Source: Candidatus Omnitrophota bacterium (lineage in GTDB: Bacteria; Omnitrophota; Omnitrophia; JAHJGZ01; JAFGJY01). Taken from it: 44,050 nt of DNA. How positions within the stretch are numbered: position 1 is the stretch's first letter. Below: more notes on the stretch, generated by a model. That model was not told where the DNA came from, did not search any database, and saw only the letters and a list, made by a program, of their open reading frames with translations. The stretch spans positions 1 through 44,050 of the forward strand of contig JAFGJY010000034.1 of assembly GCA_016928875.1 (NCBI GenBank), read 5' to 3'. The DNA itself is not shown here.

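Noticed and set aside
4042-43867. About 100 short + strand and alternate-frame ORFs inside the giant gene
   Set aside because: They are shadow ORFs with antisense-typical composition (Ser/Ile/Phe-rich) and no recognisable motifs.
44034-44036. TTG at 44036 (or ATG at 44030) as the true start of the giant gene
   Set aside because: The frame is open to the window edge, and there is no visible RBS or signal peptide, so the gene very likely starts further upstream.
3708-44050. NRPS/PKS, RTX, RHS/YD or Ig-repeat adhesin identity for the giant ORF
   Set aside because: No adenylation, condensation, KS or carrier motifs, no GGxGxD nonapeptides, no RHS core and no Ig-like repeat pattern were found. 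The D.NGN hairpins are isolated inserts in helical repeats.
1-44050. tRNA, rRNA or other structured RNA genes
   Set aside because: Non-coding space is limited to ~2878-3083 and ~3541-3707, and neither shows such features.

Overview
The window is almost all minus-strand coding sequence in three units. (1) 3708..>44050: one uninterrupted giant ORF of at least 13,446 codons (~1.5 MDa), still open at the right edge. From N to C it reads: a beta-strand-rich segment and coiled coil; degenerate helical repeats; an Ala/Thr/Ser linker; ~30 tandem 'Y..Q/R...F..L[FY]G...G.YFG.A' repeats that grow from ~52 to ~110+ aa; a second helical repeat family; a beta-1,2-glucanase/transglycosylase-like domain (PF10091-type, GH144/GH162/GH189 relatives) with a CBM-like beta-sandwich; a long helical stalk; ~13 TM helices; a GT84/GT2-like (Cgs/OpgH-like) beta-1,2-glucan synthase domain split by a ~880-aa insert; ~10-11 more TM helices; an AT-rich Lys/Glu coiled coil; an HExxH zincin motif; and a degenerate HAD-like C-terminus ending FAVAA. 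(2) 3084..3702: a frameshifted REP-associated tyrosine transposase (RAYT) with two GTAG-type REP palindromes. (3) <1..2877: an ORF absent from the supplied track because it runs off the left edge. It encodes a signal peptide, a degenerate NAGPA-like domain and a PP1/PP2A-like PPP metallophosphatase with altered motifs. The overall style resembles giant multi-enzyme genes of Ca. Omnitrophota (inference only). The best candidate for a new system is a single-chain, envelope-spanning beta-1,2-glucan synthesis/export/processing machine on a huge repeat scaffold. All domain calls come from motif reading by eye and domain boundaries are approximate.
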